Shown: positions 1-22,137, numbered from the whole stretch's first letter. The stretch: DNA of 63,484 nt, filler included, from Choristocarpus tenellus KU-1152 (GCA_964200185.2; 7 parts of 7 records of this genome joined end to end with filler, not necessarily neighbours in it); one strand, 5' to 3'. Translations and numbers: made by a program. Notes: a model not told the origin generated them from the sequence alone.

Positions 1-67
1 CTTTTCCTATTTTTGCCCCAAATTAACCCCCTGGTGTAGCCCCCCCCCCCCCCGGATACTTTGGGTC
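1..67 (+). mobile_element. MITE family B, right end (partial)
   Basis: CCCTGGTGTAG-polyC-GGATACTTTGGGTC matches the right end of the full copy at 4642-4819. Confidence 0.8.
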
Positions 68-478
68 AATTTCTGGGGTCGAAAGGTGGTTGAGACACAG
101 CTCTGGGGAAGAGGAAACAATATTTTGTCTACGTGCATCTAGGTGGTGAGTCTTTTGTGAGGAAGGCATCATGGTCAGGGTCAAGAACGTCCATGACATC
201 CTTACGAGGAGTTGTGATGGACTTTACCGAGAGATAGTGATGAGTGCAGTATCATCAACATAGGTTGGGTGGAACTGAACTGAAGGTAATTTTCTGGTCC
301 GCCCAGAGGAGGAGTTGACATGACTTTAAAGAAATGTGCTCACTTTCAAAATACCACTGGATTCAGATCCCCAGGTGACCTTCGCCAATATGGTCGACTG
401 GGTTAGTCTTCTCGTTATTATGGGACACGAGATAATTCAAGACTATCCAAATCGCAGTGCGAGACTGCTGAGTGATTA

Positions 479-734
479 GAGTCAAAGTATCTTAGAGAGT
501 AGAGTCCAGTCCGTTTGGGAGGCAAAATCTGATATTGCGATTTTGATGTGATTTTGGATATCGTGTTTGTTTGGAAGTGTCAACATCCTTATTCCAAACA
601 TATACATGATACCTACTCCAAAAACGTATACATTTCACCTACTCCGAAACATTTTGGAGTAGGAAAATATCATAAAGACCCCTATGGGAAGTCAAGCCCC
701 AAACGGACAAACAGGATAAAACTCGTACCCTCTA
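479..734 (+). mobile_element. MITE family A copy (right TIR truncated)
   Basis: Starts GAGTCAAAGTATCTTAGAG and has the internal hairpin CCTACTCC-N10-GGAGTAGG. It is colinear with the copies at 37437 and 50532 and ends at TACCCTCTA. Confidence 0.88.
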
Positions 735-1522
735 TATTTCCAATCTCACCACTCGATCACTAACCGCTATATCTCCAACGGTAAAGAAGGGAATTGCTAA
801 GGCGGCGACTAAGGAACCTGCCTGATCTAGAGACTTAGAAATCGGAGGGGGGAAGCTGAGGAATACAGAGGAGAGGGGAGTGATGCGACCGCTGGATATC
901 AGCAATACCAAAATCAGCAACACTAAAAGACGTTCACAGTACCTGCAAAAGGGTGTCGTGGGGTAGGTGCAGATCTCGGGGTGTGCAGCAATGCAGGCTG
1001 TACATTCATTCGAGAGTGTTTCAAGGGCAACAAGAAGGACCATCAGAAGTTCAACCGGACCAGGAACTCGCGGACCTCTGTGGAGCACGTTTGATGGTTT
1101 TCCAGGATCACCAGCTGTGGTGAAAAATAGTCCTACTGGACTGGACGATGGTTGGCGCGGTGCCCTGTTGAAACATACTCTGGAGTAGATGGTATGAACC
1201 TGGCATAATCAGGTATCAGATTATCGTCTTGTGATATCGAGAATACATGCAGATATATTCCCATGAACAATTTGGGGATTCATCCAATATCTTTTGACAA
1301 AGAGACTTGAACTGTACCAGGTCACGGACTGGCTTAGGGTAGGTATGTCTGAACAGGACCAGTCCAGGACCGCCAGAGTTTCAACCAAATCAAACTGGAT
1401 TCAGGTCCTGGTGACACATGTGCGGCACAGCAGGTCCAGGGTCATCGCAGACGTGACTGGACTGGACCGGCTCACTGCTGATCCGGTAAAAAGACCTGAA
1501 TATTTGGTTCCTCATAACCTCA

Positions 1523-1779
1523 GAGGGAAGGTATCTTAGAGGATACGAGTTTTGCCCTCTTTGTCCATTTCGGGCTTGGCCTCCTATGGGGTATTTTATG
1601 ACATTTTCCTACTCCTAGATGTTTTGGAGTATGTAAAACGTACATGTTATGAAAAGGTGTGTCCGGAAGAAGGATATCGACACTTCCTAACAAACACGAT
1701 AGCCAAAATTGCATCAAAATTGCAATATTGGATTGACCCCCAAATGGACGCGGTCCTACCCTCTAAGATACTTTGGCTC
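1523..1779 (-). mobile_element. MITE family A copy
   Basis: TIRs GAGGGAAGGTATCTTAGAGG / CCCTCTAAGATACTTTGGCTC, flanked by a TCA...TCA duplication. Confidence 0.92.
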
Positions 1780-4641
1780 TCAGGTACAGGCATATGGGGC
1801 TATTTTTCTCAGGTTATATATTGACAAAAAAGTATGATTCTTGATGTGATACCAGGGAGCATGTACGTATGTCCGGATAACCGTTTCGTCGATATACAGA
1901 GCCAGACCAATTGAGAGGTAGGTAAGGTTGTAATCTCAATTGCAGGAAATCATTTCAAGAACTCCTCGATAAATAATACACACCTGACCAACCTCAGATC
2001 TTGCCCGGCGACAACCCCATCGCAGGTCAAGAACTGAACACCCTCCAGAAGTAGTGCACATTTCGTCCTGCTCAAACTCAATTCTTACTACTACAAGTTG
2101 ATCTTATCGAGGTGCTTCTTGTGTATGTTATGTAAGTAATGTCTCGTTCTTGAAATGGCATGAGTTGAGGATGGCGTGAAACACCGGTATGAGTACCTAT
2201 TTCTAAGGTTAGGGCTAGGGCCCCGTAACTTATTCAATTTCTTCCTTTGATTGGCTGGTTGGCTCTAGACGAAAATGTTGGGGGACTCGCACACTCCTCA
2301 ACATCTAAAGACCATTACTAAAATCAAGACCAGAAGATCAATTTCTCATAATGAGTTTTATTTTTATTACCATGTACTGTTTCTAGTATTTTACTTTATC
2401 ATATCTTCTTGGGTAATACATTTTCAATAATGCCTCACTTATATCCACAATCAAAGTATCTTAATGTCATATATTGTTTAACAATCCATATTTGTAAGAT
2501 ATAATGGCGAGTCTAGAAATCATGCTACAACATATAGTCCGTCCTTCCCACCACCAATTTTTTTTTTGTGAGAGATACAAAGGCGCCCCCAACTTCACAG
2601 TAAAATGAACTTTCAAAATTTTTTCATAGATGGTACCTTTCGCTAGAAGAAAAATGACTGGGAATGTTACACTCCGGAGTACAACCATATTTGTGACTAT
2701 TATTCCACCCCCCTTCCCTTCACAATACCTACCTACCTTATGCGGGAGTGCTGTTATTGTTATTACCGTTTATTGAAACCAGATTTCCATTCAAAGAGGC
2801 ATATCGTTTAGTAAGTTTGAAACCGCTGAATTCATGCCCAGTTACAACCTCATCCACGATACCAATCACATGCAATGAACAACGTTCTTATTAACCACCA
2901 ATGATCCAAAAGAATGTGCTCAATTATTTTTTGTGGGCACCATATCGCCCTCCTTCCCTTCTACCTCTCTCTATGCCTACTTGAAAAGATGGGAAAAACA
3001 TATTCTTGAGTTCTCATCAAAAGTGGTACCGAAGTGAACGTGTCGACTTTGAAGGGATTGCGCGTTAGGGCACAAAAATTGACACCATACACAACTGAAC
3101 CACACCATATGTGTATACAGCAGATTCCTAGAGTGGTTGAAGTTGGTTTGTGTTTAAAAAAATACAATCTACTTCAAAATACAGTTATAGTACTAGGGGA
3201 CCTTTGTTGAAAGCAATATAGACTGTCCTGTCGTGTTTGTTGTTATCATTCTCTGCCTTAAATTCTGTATCTTCTCCTCCCAATGGCATGATCTATCTCC
3301 AACAAGTTTGTTCGCATAAAACAATGAATATACATTGAAACGAAAACATTTTTCTATCATGCATCGCAAAGAAGAAACAAGAATAAATGTTGTTACTATT
3401 ATTACCTCTGTAACTCTACAATAAAATATCCATTTGAGGGATGGCACGGATTCTCTGTTACACTGCCTACCTGCGCAAATCTGAATCGTTGCGTAGTGAT
3501 GTACATTATTTTATGGTGGTATAGTAGTAGCACAAAAAGAGGACTACTATTACCACTTCAGTATCTTTTACAGTTCACTCGTCCCATGGATGGGTACGAG
3601 ACCAAGAGATCAGTTCCACCCAGAGCAAATCAACAATCAATCATCCGGAAGTTGTACTGGACTCGTGGTTCTTGGATAAGGTTGCCTCATCTTCCCTGAC
3701 GAAGGAGGATAAGAACACTTTACCTTGCTTGCCTTCCAGTACGATGGGGATGTGCCTGACGGTGATGATGCTACTGTGACTACTGTTTTGCCTAGAGATA
3801 TTGAGACTCCATTGCCTCTTGGACTGTGCAAGATCTTGTCAACGACTTCTCATGGTGCTTAGGGTAGCATTGGCAATAACTAATTGATTTCCCATCTTAT
3901 CCTAGAGGAGGGGTAATTTAGGTCCTTTAAAGTATTTTAGGCACTGAAATCTGCATAACACCCCACTTCTGCATGCCCCTTAGGGAAGGCTGTGGCTGTA
4001 GTAGAGAAGAAGGGTCGTCCACATAAGTGTGAAATCGACCTCCAAGGTGCTGGAAGGGCATGTATCTGAAGGGAGTCAAAAGGGATCCCAAAGTAGTCAA
4101 CAGAACTCCCTACTTAGATAAAATGACTCAATACAAAGTTGTTCCCGCACTATTTGTAGTTTTTTGTAGCACTAAATGGATGAACTTTCACGACTTCTCT
4201 CTTTTTCTTTGTGGTTATCACTGGACTAGTGTTTGAGTGAGTAGATGCCCCATTGGACCTCGGACCCGTTTCTTCTTCTTCCTCGGAAAAGTGTTGCTTG
4301 GTACTGATGCTGGTGGTATGCTTTGGAATAGTGAAGAACACCTGCCAGTTGAACGTTCTCTTGCTCTGTTTCAAGGGTGTAATGCACATCTACCTCATTT
4401 AACTCATCTTGTCATATTCCGTGTGCTACCGGTGACCATGGGTTCTCTATAGTATTGGGGTAATGCTTATAAAATCTGATAGGAACCAATCAATCAAGTT
4501 GCGTAGGTTTCTACGTTGGGGATACTTTCAGGTTTGAACTTGGGTTGTGGAATAGGGCTGTGCCGACTCAATTGGTCAGCTCCCAAACATGAATTTTCAA
4601 ATGAGACATAGAGAAGAGTATGGGAAGGAGGAGGACCTTGT

Positions 4642-4819
4642 GGCTTAAAGTATCTGGGGGGGGTGGCGGCTGTCCATTTGGGGTCAATTTTTTCATGTCG
4701 CGTTTTTTGGGTGATTTGGTTGCATACGTCGGATGGATAACGTAAATACACATTTCCTGATTTTGATCCAAATGGACACCCTGGTGTAGTCCTCCCCTCC
4801 TCCCCAGGTACTTTGGGTC
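4642..4819 (+). mobile_element. MITE family B copy (~178 bp)
   Basis: TIRs GGCTTAAAGTATCTGGGG / CCCCAGGTACTTTGGGTC, flanked by TTGT...TTGT. Confidence 0.9.
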
Positions 4820-5278
4820 TTGTCAAAGATCGTTTTCTGATACGATGATTGGACTTTGCTATTAAATTGTCAGTGGGTGCAAAGTTGCAGGAAATGCATT
4901 GCATTATTCGTTGTGTACCACGTAACACTTCAAGTATTGCAAGGGTCGTACGAGAACACAACAAAACACAAGTGTACATTCTACAACAAACAATGGAACC
5001 TTCCAGTTCAACGGCCCTGCACCAACAGCACATAAACAGATGAAGACCACACGAAAACGTCGACAATACAATATACCTTTACACGATCACATCATCTAAC
5101 CACAACTTCAACCATTCCTAAACGTCAAGCCCTGTAAACGTTGTCAATTTGTCGGGAGTACTTCACAATGTAGGTATAACCTGGAGGTAGGTACTTCCGT
5201 AATCTCTGTAACTCGATGTCATCCTTCTCTGATTCAAAACCACAACGTAGATTCATCAACTTCTACCTTCAACGTCCT

Positions 5279-5538
5279 GAGTGAAAGCATCTTAGAGGGT
5301 ACACAAATTTTGCCCTATTTGTCTGTTTGGCGTTTGACTTCCCATGGGTTCTTGATGACATTTTTCAACTCCGATATGTTTCGGAGTAGGTAAAATATAT
5401 ATGTTATAAAAAGGTGTGTCCAGAACAAGGCTGTTGACACTTCCTAACAAACACGATAGACAAAATTATATCAAAATCTTAACACTAGATTTTGTCCCCC
5501 AAACGGACGTGGCTCTATCCTCTAATAAACTTTGACTC
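5279..5538 (-). mobile_element. MITE family A copy
   Basis: TIRs GAGTGAAAGCATCTTAGAGGGTA / TATCCTCTAATAAACTTTGACTC, flanked by TCCT...TCCT. Confidence 0.9.
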
Positions 5539-6047
5539 TCCTATAATGACTGGATTTTGTGTTTGTGCCTGGTTTTATTACCTGCTTAGGGGTGGCGTAC
5601 CCAATTCCACATTGGATGTGGACCAACCACCTCTAGTGTTGTTTTATCTCATCATTTCAAACAGAGTCTATATTGGTTACGATCACCGGTTCATTTTCGT
5701 GCAACCGTTCGAAGAAGGTACATTTCGTTATATATTAGACGGTTTTACTCAGGTTTCATTGATTATATTTGTTCCCCATCCGTTTTTGTCGCAGGGGGAA
5801 ATATTTGCATGGCAATATATGCAACTACTACAGCATTCCTTAAAGATTTCCAGTCTCAATCTCCATAAACCAGAATGTTCGCCCAGATGTGGCATCCCAC
5901 GCCAGGGTGCTGTCGAAGACAGCCATGGCACCCAACCTGGAAAAAGGCCTCCTTTGGGGTTTGTGATTTGGGCTCGCTATGGTATATCGTTTTGTTCACA
6001 TCGTAATCAACTTGAGTAGCAAGAGGTCAGATTGACCTAACCAAAAT

Positions 6048-6960
6048 GGGTCAAAGTATCTGGGGGGGGGGGGGGGGAAGGCCCCCCCCCTTTCTCGCGG
6101 CTTTTTTTGTTTTCCTTCCTTGGGTCGGCTTNNNNNNNNNNTTGGGGTGGTGTGGGGGGGGGGGGGGGGGGGGGGGGGGGTGCCGGCGTCCGTTTTTCAG
6201 ACTTTTTTCGATTTTCACTTCTTGGTGTGATTTGGTTGCATGTGTCGGATTTGAAATGTGGACAAAAAAAGAAAACTGTTGGTTAGGTTCCCTCTCTGTC
6301 CTTGTGTACGAAGATCAATGGGAATATATGCCACCATTTATTTGGGCTTGGTTAGGAGTTTCGACATTTGCATATGTCGGATTTGTGTAACTTGGTCGTA
6401 CAGTCAGGATGAAGAAGGAGAGATATGCCATTGGTTGTTTCAGGGCTAGATATTGGTTTGTTTGGTTGCATGAGTGGGATTTGGTTAGCACATAAAGAGG
6501 ACTGTCGGTTAGGTTTTGTTTTCCCAGTGTTAGCACGAGGAATTGAAAATAGACTATAGGCTGTTTTGAGGTTAGCTTTTCCGTTTAATTGCTTGCATGA
6601 GTCATGTCTGGTATGTACACAAAGAGGACTGTCCGTTAGGGTCTGTTCTCCATAACAGTAATAATAATAGTAATAATAATAATAAGTCAGTTTTTCCGTT
6701 TAATTGCTTGCATGAGTCATGTCTGGTATGTACACAAAGAGGACTGTCAGTTAGGGCCTGCTCTCCCGGTGTGCGCATGAGGAACCAAAACATATACCAT
6801 GGACTGTTTTTAATTTAGTATTTCGTATATTTACTTGCATGTGTCGGATTTAGTAAGTACACAAACGGGGTTGTCACTCAGGGTGTTAGGTTTGAAGTTG
6901 TTGGTATGAAGGAAGGGAAATGGGTCAGGTTTTGCTTTCGGGTTAGTGTAGTGTATCTTT
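6048..6960 (+). mobile_element. Left end of a longer family-C TIR element with subterminal ~100-130-bp degenerate tandem repeats
   Basis: The TIR GGGTCAAAGTATCTGGGG at 6048 is followed by about 6 units anchored on TTGCAT(G/A) at 6236, 6368, 6466, 6593, 6708 and 6835. Segments 6577-6650 and 6692-6765 are nearly identical. The first unit resembles the family-C right end at 54113-54215. There is a 10-N gap at 6132-6141. Confidence 0.7.
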
Positions 6961-7641
6961 GGTGTAATGTTTGGACGAATTCTGGATGTGTTCACAAATG
7001 GTTATTGGTCAAGGTCTATGGTCGTACGTTTCTGTGGAATTATATCAAGATATAATTCCCTTGGTTCTGGGTTAGGGTTAGTAGATTGAATAAATCATGA
7101 TGGGCTAGGGTTCGTTTGGTATAAGTAGGGTCGATGACGGCACTGGTATGTAATTCAGGTAAGACTCTTGTCTATTTTAGGTTGGCAAGGGATACAGTGG
7201 GTTCAGTGTAAGTGTTCGGGTAAGGATATGATTGACGCCGGTGTTTGGGGGTGGCGATCCAGGCCATTCGTCGTGGGCTCAGGGTTGGTGTTGTGCTTAG
7301 GAGCATCGGGCGTGGATTTCAGTATATGATCCTCCCAGATTTGAAGGAGGACGAGATCGGCCCATGTTTGTCGAAACTTGGACAAAGCATGAGATGGTGC
7401 ACGGAGTACTGAGAAGCAGGGGGGAGGTAGGTAGTAGGGTTCAAGGAACAATTAGGGGCTCATAAGAAGACAACGTATCCATCGCAGGCCTTGGCGAATT
7501 GATTGGAAACTTAGTTTGAAGAGGAGAAGAGTTGTTTAAAAAATATTCCATATTTTGTAGTCCGAACCTTGTGTTGGACATGCTCTTTTAAACAAATAAT
7601 AACACTGGTCTAATCCTCAAGATGAGTATCATACATCAATA

Positions 7642-7829
7642 ACACTTCTGACTGGTAGCATTGTATCCTATACCACTGTCTAAATGCATAACCCATCGAA
7701 TGGAATGTGCATGAACATGGTAGTATGATACACTGACACCTCTGACTGGTGGCAATGTTATCCGATACCACTATCAAAAGGCTTAACCCATCGAATGGAA
7801 AGTGCATAAACATGGTAGTCGGACACCAA
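7642..7829. repeat. Tandem duplication, 2 x ~94 bp
   Basis: ACAC(T/C)TCTGACTGGT...AACCCATCGAATGGAA...AACATGGTAGT starts at 7642 and again at 7736. Confidence 0.9.
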
Positions 7830-7909
7830 GGCAAGGTACACTGATGCACAAATCAGACACAAGTAACTCGATCCATAACTTCCAACAAAAAACTGAAACG
7901 ACTGAAGCC

Positions 7910-9251
7910 CTATTTCAATTGGTGGGCGGACTCGAATTGGCATTCCTTACCCTTCTCCCACCACTCTACAAGCCTCGGGTATGCCTCAACAAGAAGGTGC
8001 CATAGGTCCCGGCGCGTGGAGAACCTGTCGTTCCAAGGTTCGGGCTTCACAAGGCTCATGAAGATGGCCTTCTTTGCATGGAGTGCTTCCACACACTTGG
8101 GATGCAACTTGCTGCTGGGCTTCCCTCCACAATCGCCGAGTTTAACCTGTGTGGGCTCATGGACGTACCAGTCATCCCCGAATACAAGACGTTTGGCCCC
8201 TTTTACGGCCTTGATGAGCCTGAACCCATGGTCGTATATGACTTGGGTAAGGATTTGAGTCTGTCCTCAGTACTGCGAAGAAGCAGGTTTTGTTGCCGAT
8301 CGTAGGAGCTCGGTAACAAACGACGCCATGAAGGCTTCAGTGATCCCCACATTGGATGCATCGCTTGGGTCGGTCGCGTCCTGTGTTACACAGTCGTCAC
8401 CACCATTCGAGGATGTTTCGTCATCGTCCTTGTACCTTGTAGAAGATGAACATGTATTTTCCGCGTATCCTCCCTTTCTAGCATGAGCGAAGACGCCCGC
8501 AAAAAAGTCAGGTTCTAAAGCGCTGCCAACATTTCCACGAGGCTGTTTGAAGGGTATGATCCGTCCAGCACCTACTCTCAACCTCTTCTTCCCAATTATC
8601 GTCCTTTTGCGGAAGGCTTGTCCATTGGTGTTGCGGTTGACTCGGCATGGGCATTGTTCGCACTTCGCTCCACAGTATCGTCATTCCTGTTCCCTCGCTC
8701 CTTTGACTCGTCGTCGCTGCTGCCCACTGCATGGATGTTTGGGGACATTCCTGGGTCACTCCTGACAGGCATGGACTCTGACTCCGTGCCTAGCCACCTC
8801 CCCACGTCCTCCTGTACATGTTCCTCTGAACCTGACATAGCGTTACAATTGGCACGGTCCCCATCGCCTTCAGAATAGTGTTCCAAGGGTATGTTTGAAT
8901 GCCTTACCCCATGGAGTGTCCCACTTCTCACACCTACGGTAGGGTTAGGCAATGGCGTCTCGTGTTCCTCTTCATCACCTGGTGGGTCGGGTCCTTGACA
9001 AGGTATAGGCGTGGATACGCCACCAGCTATCGGTGTCTTTTCACCGGCGCAAAATTGCGGAAGGTGGAGAGTTCGTCAATTAGGAGTTGGATACGATCCG
9101 GATCGAGGTTGTCCCCGAGGGTGGTGCATGTGATTATGATGCCTCCTGGTCGGGTCTGGAGAAGGACGACTTCTTTCTGGTGGGTGGCCCTCGTTTCTGA
9201 CTTGAACTTGTCAAGGTCATGCTCGGACGTGGCGTTTTTCTCTGGCGTCAC
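7910..9251 (-). pseudogene. Decayed intronless ORF of unknown family, probably TE-borne
   Basis: Consecutive minus-strand ORF pieces: 9251-9027, 8952-8596, 8581-8267 and 8266-7910. The stretch 8581-7910 is one frame broken by a single TGA, with globular-looking sequence (HGFRLIKAVKGAKRLVFGDDWYVHEP...RDLWHLLVEAYPRLVEWWEKG). Frameshifts separate the upstream pieces. Confidence 0.55.
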
Positions 9252-9544
9252 AATGTTTGTGACTCGTGTTATCTCTGTAATGGTGGAGGAGTAGGCAAAG
9301 GACTTGGCGAAGTAGGAGACAAAACAAAGGGAAGAGGGGTTAGGATAAGGAGGCTAAGGATGAGGCAGAGGTTGGTGAAAAGGATTAAGTGAAGGAGGAT
9401 ATATAGGAGGCAAAGGCTGAGGAAAAAATGGAAGGAAAGGAGCACATGCGGTTTGTCGTACTTGGGCGGATTCTTTTAGCCCATAGATCAGGAATACAAG
9501 TAGGGCTTGTAACATTGGGGTGAGAAGATGCGTATAGGACACTA

Positions 9545-10018
9545 ACTGCAACATGATTTCCCACCCTGCACTGGGTTGTACCGATCGACAGAGCACAGCG
9601 AAAGTATATGAATAAATCTGTTCGACAAGCAGCATCTTCGCAACATATAAAAGTCGAGGACTCTGTGTCAGTGTATATTGTGAAACTATCCAACAATATA
9701 TAACACATAAACCGCGACATAGTTTCCCACCCTGTGCTGGGTTGTACCAATCGACAGAGCACAACGAAAGTATAAATAAATCTGTTAGACGAGCATCTTC
9801 GCAACATATTAAAGTCGAGAACCCTGCGTCGGTGTACATTGTGAAACTGTCCAATTATATATAGCATATGAACTGCGACATAGTTTCCCACCCTGCGCTG
9901 GGTTATACCGATCGACAGAGCATAACGAAAGTATATGAATAAATCTGTTCGACGAGCATCTTGGCAACATATAAACGTCGAGAAACCTGCGTCAATGTAC
10001 GTTGTGAAACTGTCCAAT
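9545..10018. repeat. Tandem array, 3 x ~161-166 bp
   Basis: The anchor TTTCCCACCCTG occurs at 9557, 9723 and 9884. The units align along their whole length (ATCGACAGAGCA, AATAAATCTGTT, TTGTGAAACT). Confidence 0.93.
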
Positions 10019-10074
10019 GTCGGTAAGATCTCTGAGAGTCAAGGCGATGTGTTTGGTGTAGGGGACGTTGCTTG

Positions 10075-10207
10075 GAGTGAAAGTATCTTAGAGGGTATGG
10101 TTTTTCCCTGTTTGTCCATTTGAGGCTTGGCTTCCCACGGGTCTTAATAACATTTTATCTACTACAAAATGTTTCGGAGTAGATAAAATGTGTGTAAGTT
10201 ACGAAAA
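10075..10207 (-). mobile_element. MITE family A, truncated half copy
   Basis: The TIR GAGTGAAAGTATCTTAGAGGGTA plus the internal hairpin region are present. The other half is missing. Confidence 0.85.
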
Positions 10208-10246
10208 ATTCCTCCTGCAACATGAGGTCCCTTTTCACCTGTGGAT

Positions 10247-10553
10247 TTATGAGGTTAAATTAATGTGCGCGATCGAGGCGTTTATTGTGAGGTGACTTGG
10301 TACAAACTCAAATACGGTGGACAGATGATTGGGTGGACACGACACTCCCTTGAGTACCTCTTCGCTCAGGATGTATTGTTTCTTTGGAGCAGCCTCTTCT
10401 GAAGACCCGGCTGAGGACTCATTGGCGTCGGGGTCGATCCCGAGCTCGTCTTTCCTCTTGAGGTCGTTCATGACCTGCACGACCACCTCCAGGACAGCCC
10501 TTTTGATGAGGACATCCTTTGTGTGCATCCTCCACAAGAATGCCCTTTTGACT
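10247..10553 (-). pseudogene. Coding fragment interrupted by a MITE B insertion
   Basis: GC-richer open frame VKRAFLWRMHTKDVLIKRAVLEVVVQVMNDLKRKDELGIDPD... begins immediately at the MITE boundary. No recognisable domain. Confidence 0.4.
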
Positions 10554-10695
10554 GGCTCGTAGTATCTGGGGGGGGGGGTAGCGGCTGTCCAATTGGGGTC
10601 AATTTTTTTTTGTCGCGATTTTTGGGTGATTTGGTTGCATACGTCGGATGGATGATGTAAATGCACTTTTCCTGATTTTGATGTAAATGAACACC
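10554..10695 (+). mobile_element. MITE family B, truncated by contig end
   Basis: GGCTCGTAGTATCTGGGG...GTGATTTGGTTGCATACGTCGGATG matches family B. Confidence 0.88.
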
Positions 10696-10795
10696 NNNNN
10701 NNNNNNNNNNNNNNNNNNNNNNNNNNNNNNNNNNNNNNNTTAATTAATTAANNNNNNNNNNNNNNNNNNNNNNNNNNNNNNNNNNNNNNNNNNNN
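10696..10795. other. Artificial contig-joining linker (N44-TTAATTAATTAA-N44)
   Basis: Exactly 100 bp. The central 12-mer has stops in all six frames. The identical cassette occurs 6 times in the window. Confidence 0.98.
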
Positions 10796-10971
10796 TTTGG
10801 GGGGTTGGGGGGGGGTTCTACACCAGGGTGTCCATTTGGACCAAAATCTGGAAAAGTACACTTACATTATCCGTCCGACGTATGTATGCAACCAAATCAC
10901 CCAAAAATCGTGACATGAAAAAAATGACCCGAAATGGACAGCTGCCCCCCCAGATATATATACTTTGAGCC
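10796..10971 (-). mobile_element. MITE family B, truncated by contig start
   Basis: Reverse complement of family B ending in TACTTTGAGCC, with a small TA expansion in the TIR. Confidence 0.88.
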
Positions 10972-12000
10972 TTTTGATTTTCTTAAAATTCAAATGTGAA
11001 CTGAAAGTCTTGTTGGTGTGTATGATAGACCTCTACTATTATTGTTGTTGGGGTGTTGGTGGTATTCTATACCTCGTCTTTTTTTTTTTCAGACTATCAC
11101 TATGTTTTCTTTTTAATTCGTTTTTCTTCTTTCCTTTTACAGGATCCTATACATTCTCCCCTTATATTTCTTCTTTATTATTTACAATACCTGAAAATTC
11201 ATTCATGTAAACTGGGAAAAAGGTGGTACATATTTCATCGTACTAATTTTCTTTTCCTCAGGTATTCGGTAGTATTTATGTACAAATTGTAATTGTTTCA
11301 CTTTTTGATTCAATTTCAACCATAGAAGAATAGATACTTCGGTTTCATCCGTTTCGCTTTGCCTTTTTTCGGAAGAATGTAATGTCTCCTGTGACTGCAA
11401 GTGTTAATACAGTAGGAGTTCAAAGCATCGATCTTGCAAAGTCAAAGGACACAAGCTGGACCAGACATCTCGGCGACTCATGCGAAGTTGCTGCACCTGG
11501 CGTACCACGCCGCATGTTTAACGTCCCCACCGACGCAAACAATATCGAAGAGGTATTTACCATGCTCCAAGTTATGGGCATACCCATGAAACATATTTCG
11601 TGGTCTGTTAGCAGCTAAGGGTAGATGCTATTGCTGTGTTGCTGAGTCTCTTCTGGTCTGAGCCTTCTTCACTAACGTCTATCTTTCCGTGTAGCGTGGA
11701 AAATACGAGGAGGTGCGAAGACCAAGGAGCATGATGGAGTGAGCTTTGAAGATGCAGGAATATGGTTTATAGTCGATCTTCAGTTCTTTGTTCTGCCCCC
11801 AATTTCAAGAGAAAGTTTGGATATCAAACATCCCTGCTCAATCCCCCCCCTTCTGCTCATTGTTGGAAACTGTGGATCATAGGGTGGTTCAACGATTCTC
11901 CAAAGGATTGCTTATCAATAGGAGATAAACTCGAGCACTCTAGCTCACTCACTGGGCAGTGATTTTTTATTGCTTATCGGGAGGCCTTCTTATCTCTCCA

Positions 12001-21927
<9,927 letters not shown>

Positions 21928-22027
21928 NNNNNNNNNNNNNNNNNNNNNNNNNNNNNNNNNNNNNNNNNNNNTTAATTAATTAANNNNNNNNNNNNNNNNN
22001 NNNNNNNNNNNNNNNNNNNNNNNNNNN
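21928..22027. other. Artificial contig-joining linker
   Basis: Same 100-bp N/TTAATTAATTAA/N cassette. Confidence 0.98.
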
Positions 22028-22137
22028 GGGATAGTAAAAGCTTCTTTTAGTCCAGAGTAATAATAATAATGATAGCAATAAAAGTAATAAATTAAAATAA
22101 TAATAAAAAAATAAAGATCGATCTACACCCTTCGCAC

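Larger units (their letters stand above)
68..4450 (-). mobile_element. Probable highly decayed non-LTR retrotransposon (LINE) remnant, interrupted by MITEs
   Basis: Minus-strand motif remnants lie in LINE order. RRM-like PKGHAEVGCYADFSA*NTLKDLN (~3990-3915). APE-endonuclease-like GQVCIIYR...YVHAP (~2000-1855). PRVPGPVEL (~1070), like the PGPDG box. PGDLNPVVF (~375), like QGDPLSP. TYVDDTALI (~265), the RT active-site type motif. Many stops and frameshifts, and all matches are weak and by eye. Confidence 0.35.

Noticed and set aside
4494-6019. ORFs 4494-5066 and 5492-6019, and similar ORFs at 548, 1552, 37535, 62006 and 62624
   Set aside because: They are largely translations of MITE sequence or lack any motif or splice support.
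9354-10017. ORFs of 166 and 210 aa on the minus strand
   Set aside because: They run through the tandem array in shifting frames and have non-protein-like composition.
6230-10018. Repeat arrays as CRISPR-like or guide-RNA arrays beside a nuclease
   Set aside because: The units align over their entire length with no unique spacers. The adjacent ORF shows no RuvC, HNH or TnpB/Fanzor zinc-finger motifs that I can recognise.
10554-10971. Apparent large inverted repeat formed by two MITE B copies around the linker
   Set aside because: The copies are on different contigs joined artificially. Contigs simply tend to break at the poly-G/C tracts of this family.
11330-11760. Possible minus-strand exons near the start of contig 2
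   Set aside because: The GC content is coding-like, but I could not resolve a consistent frame or splice chain.
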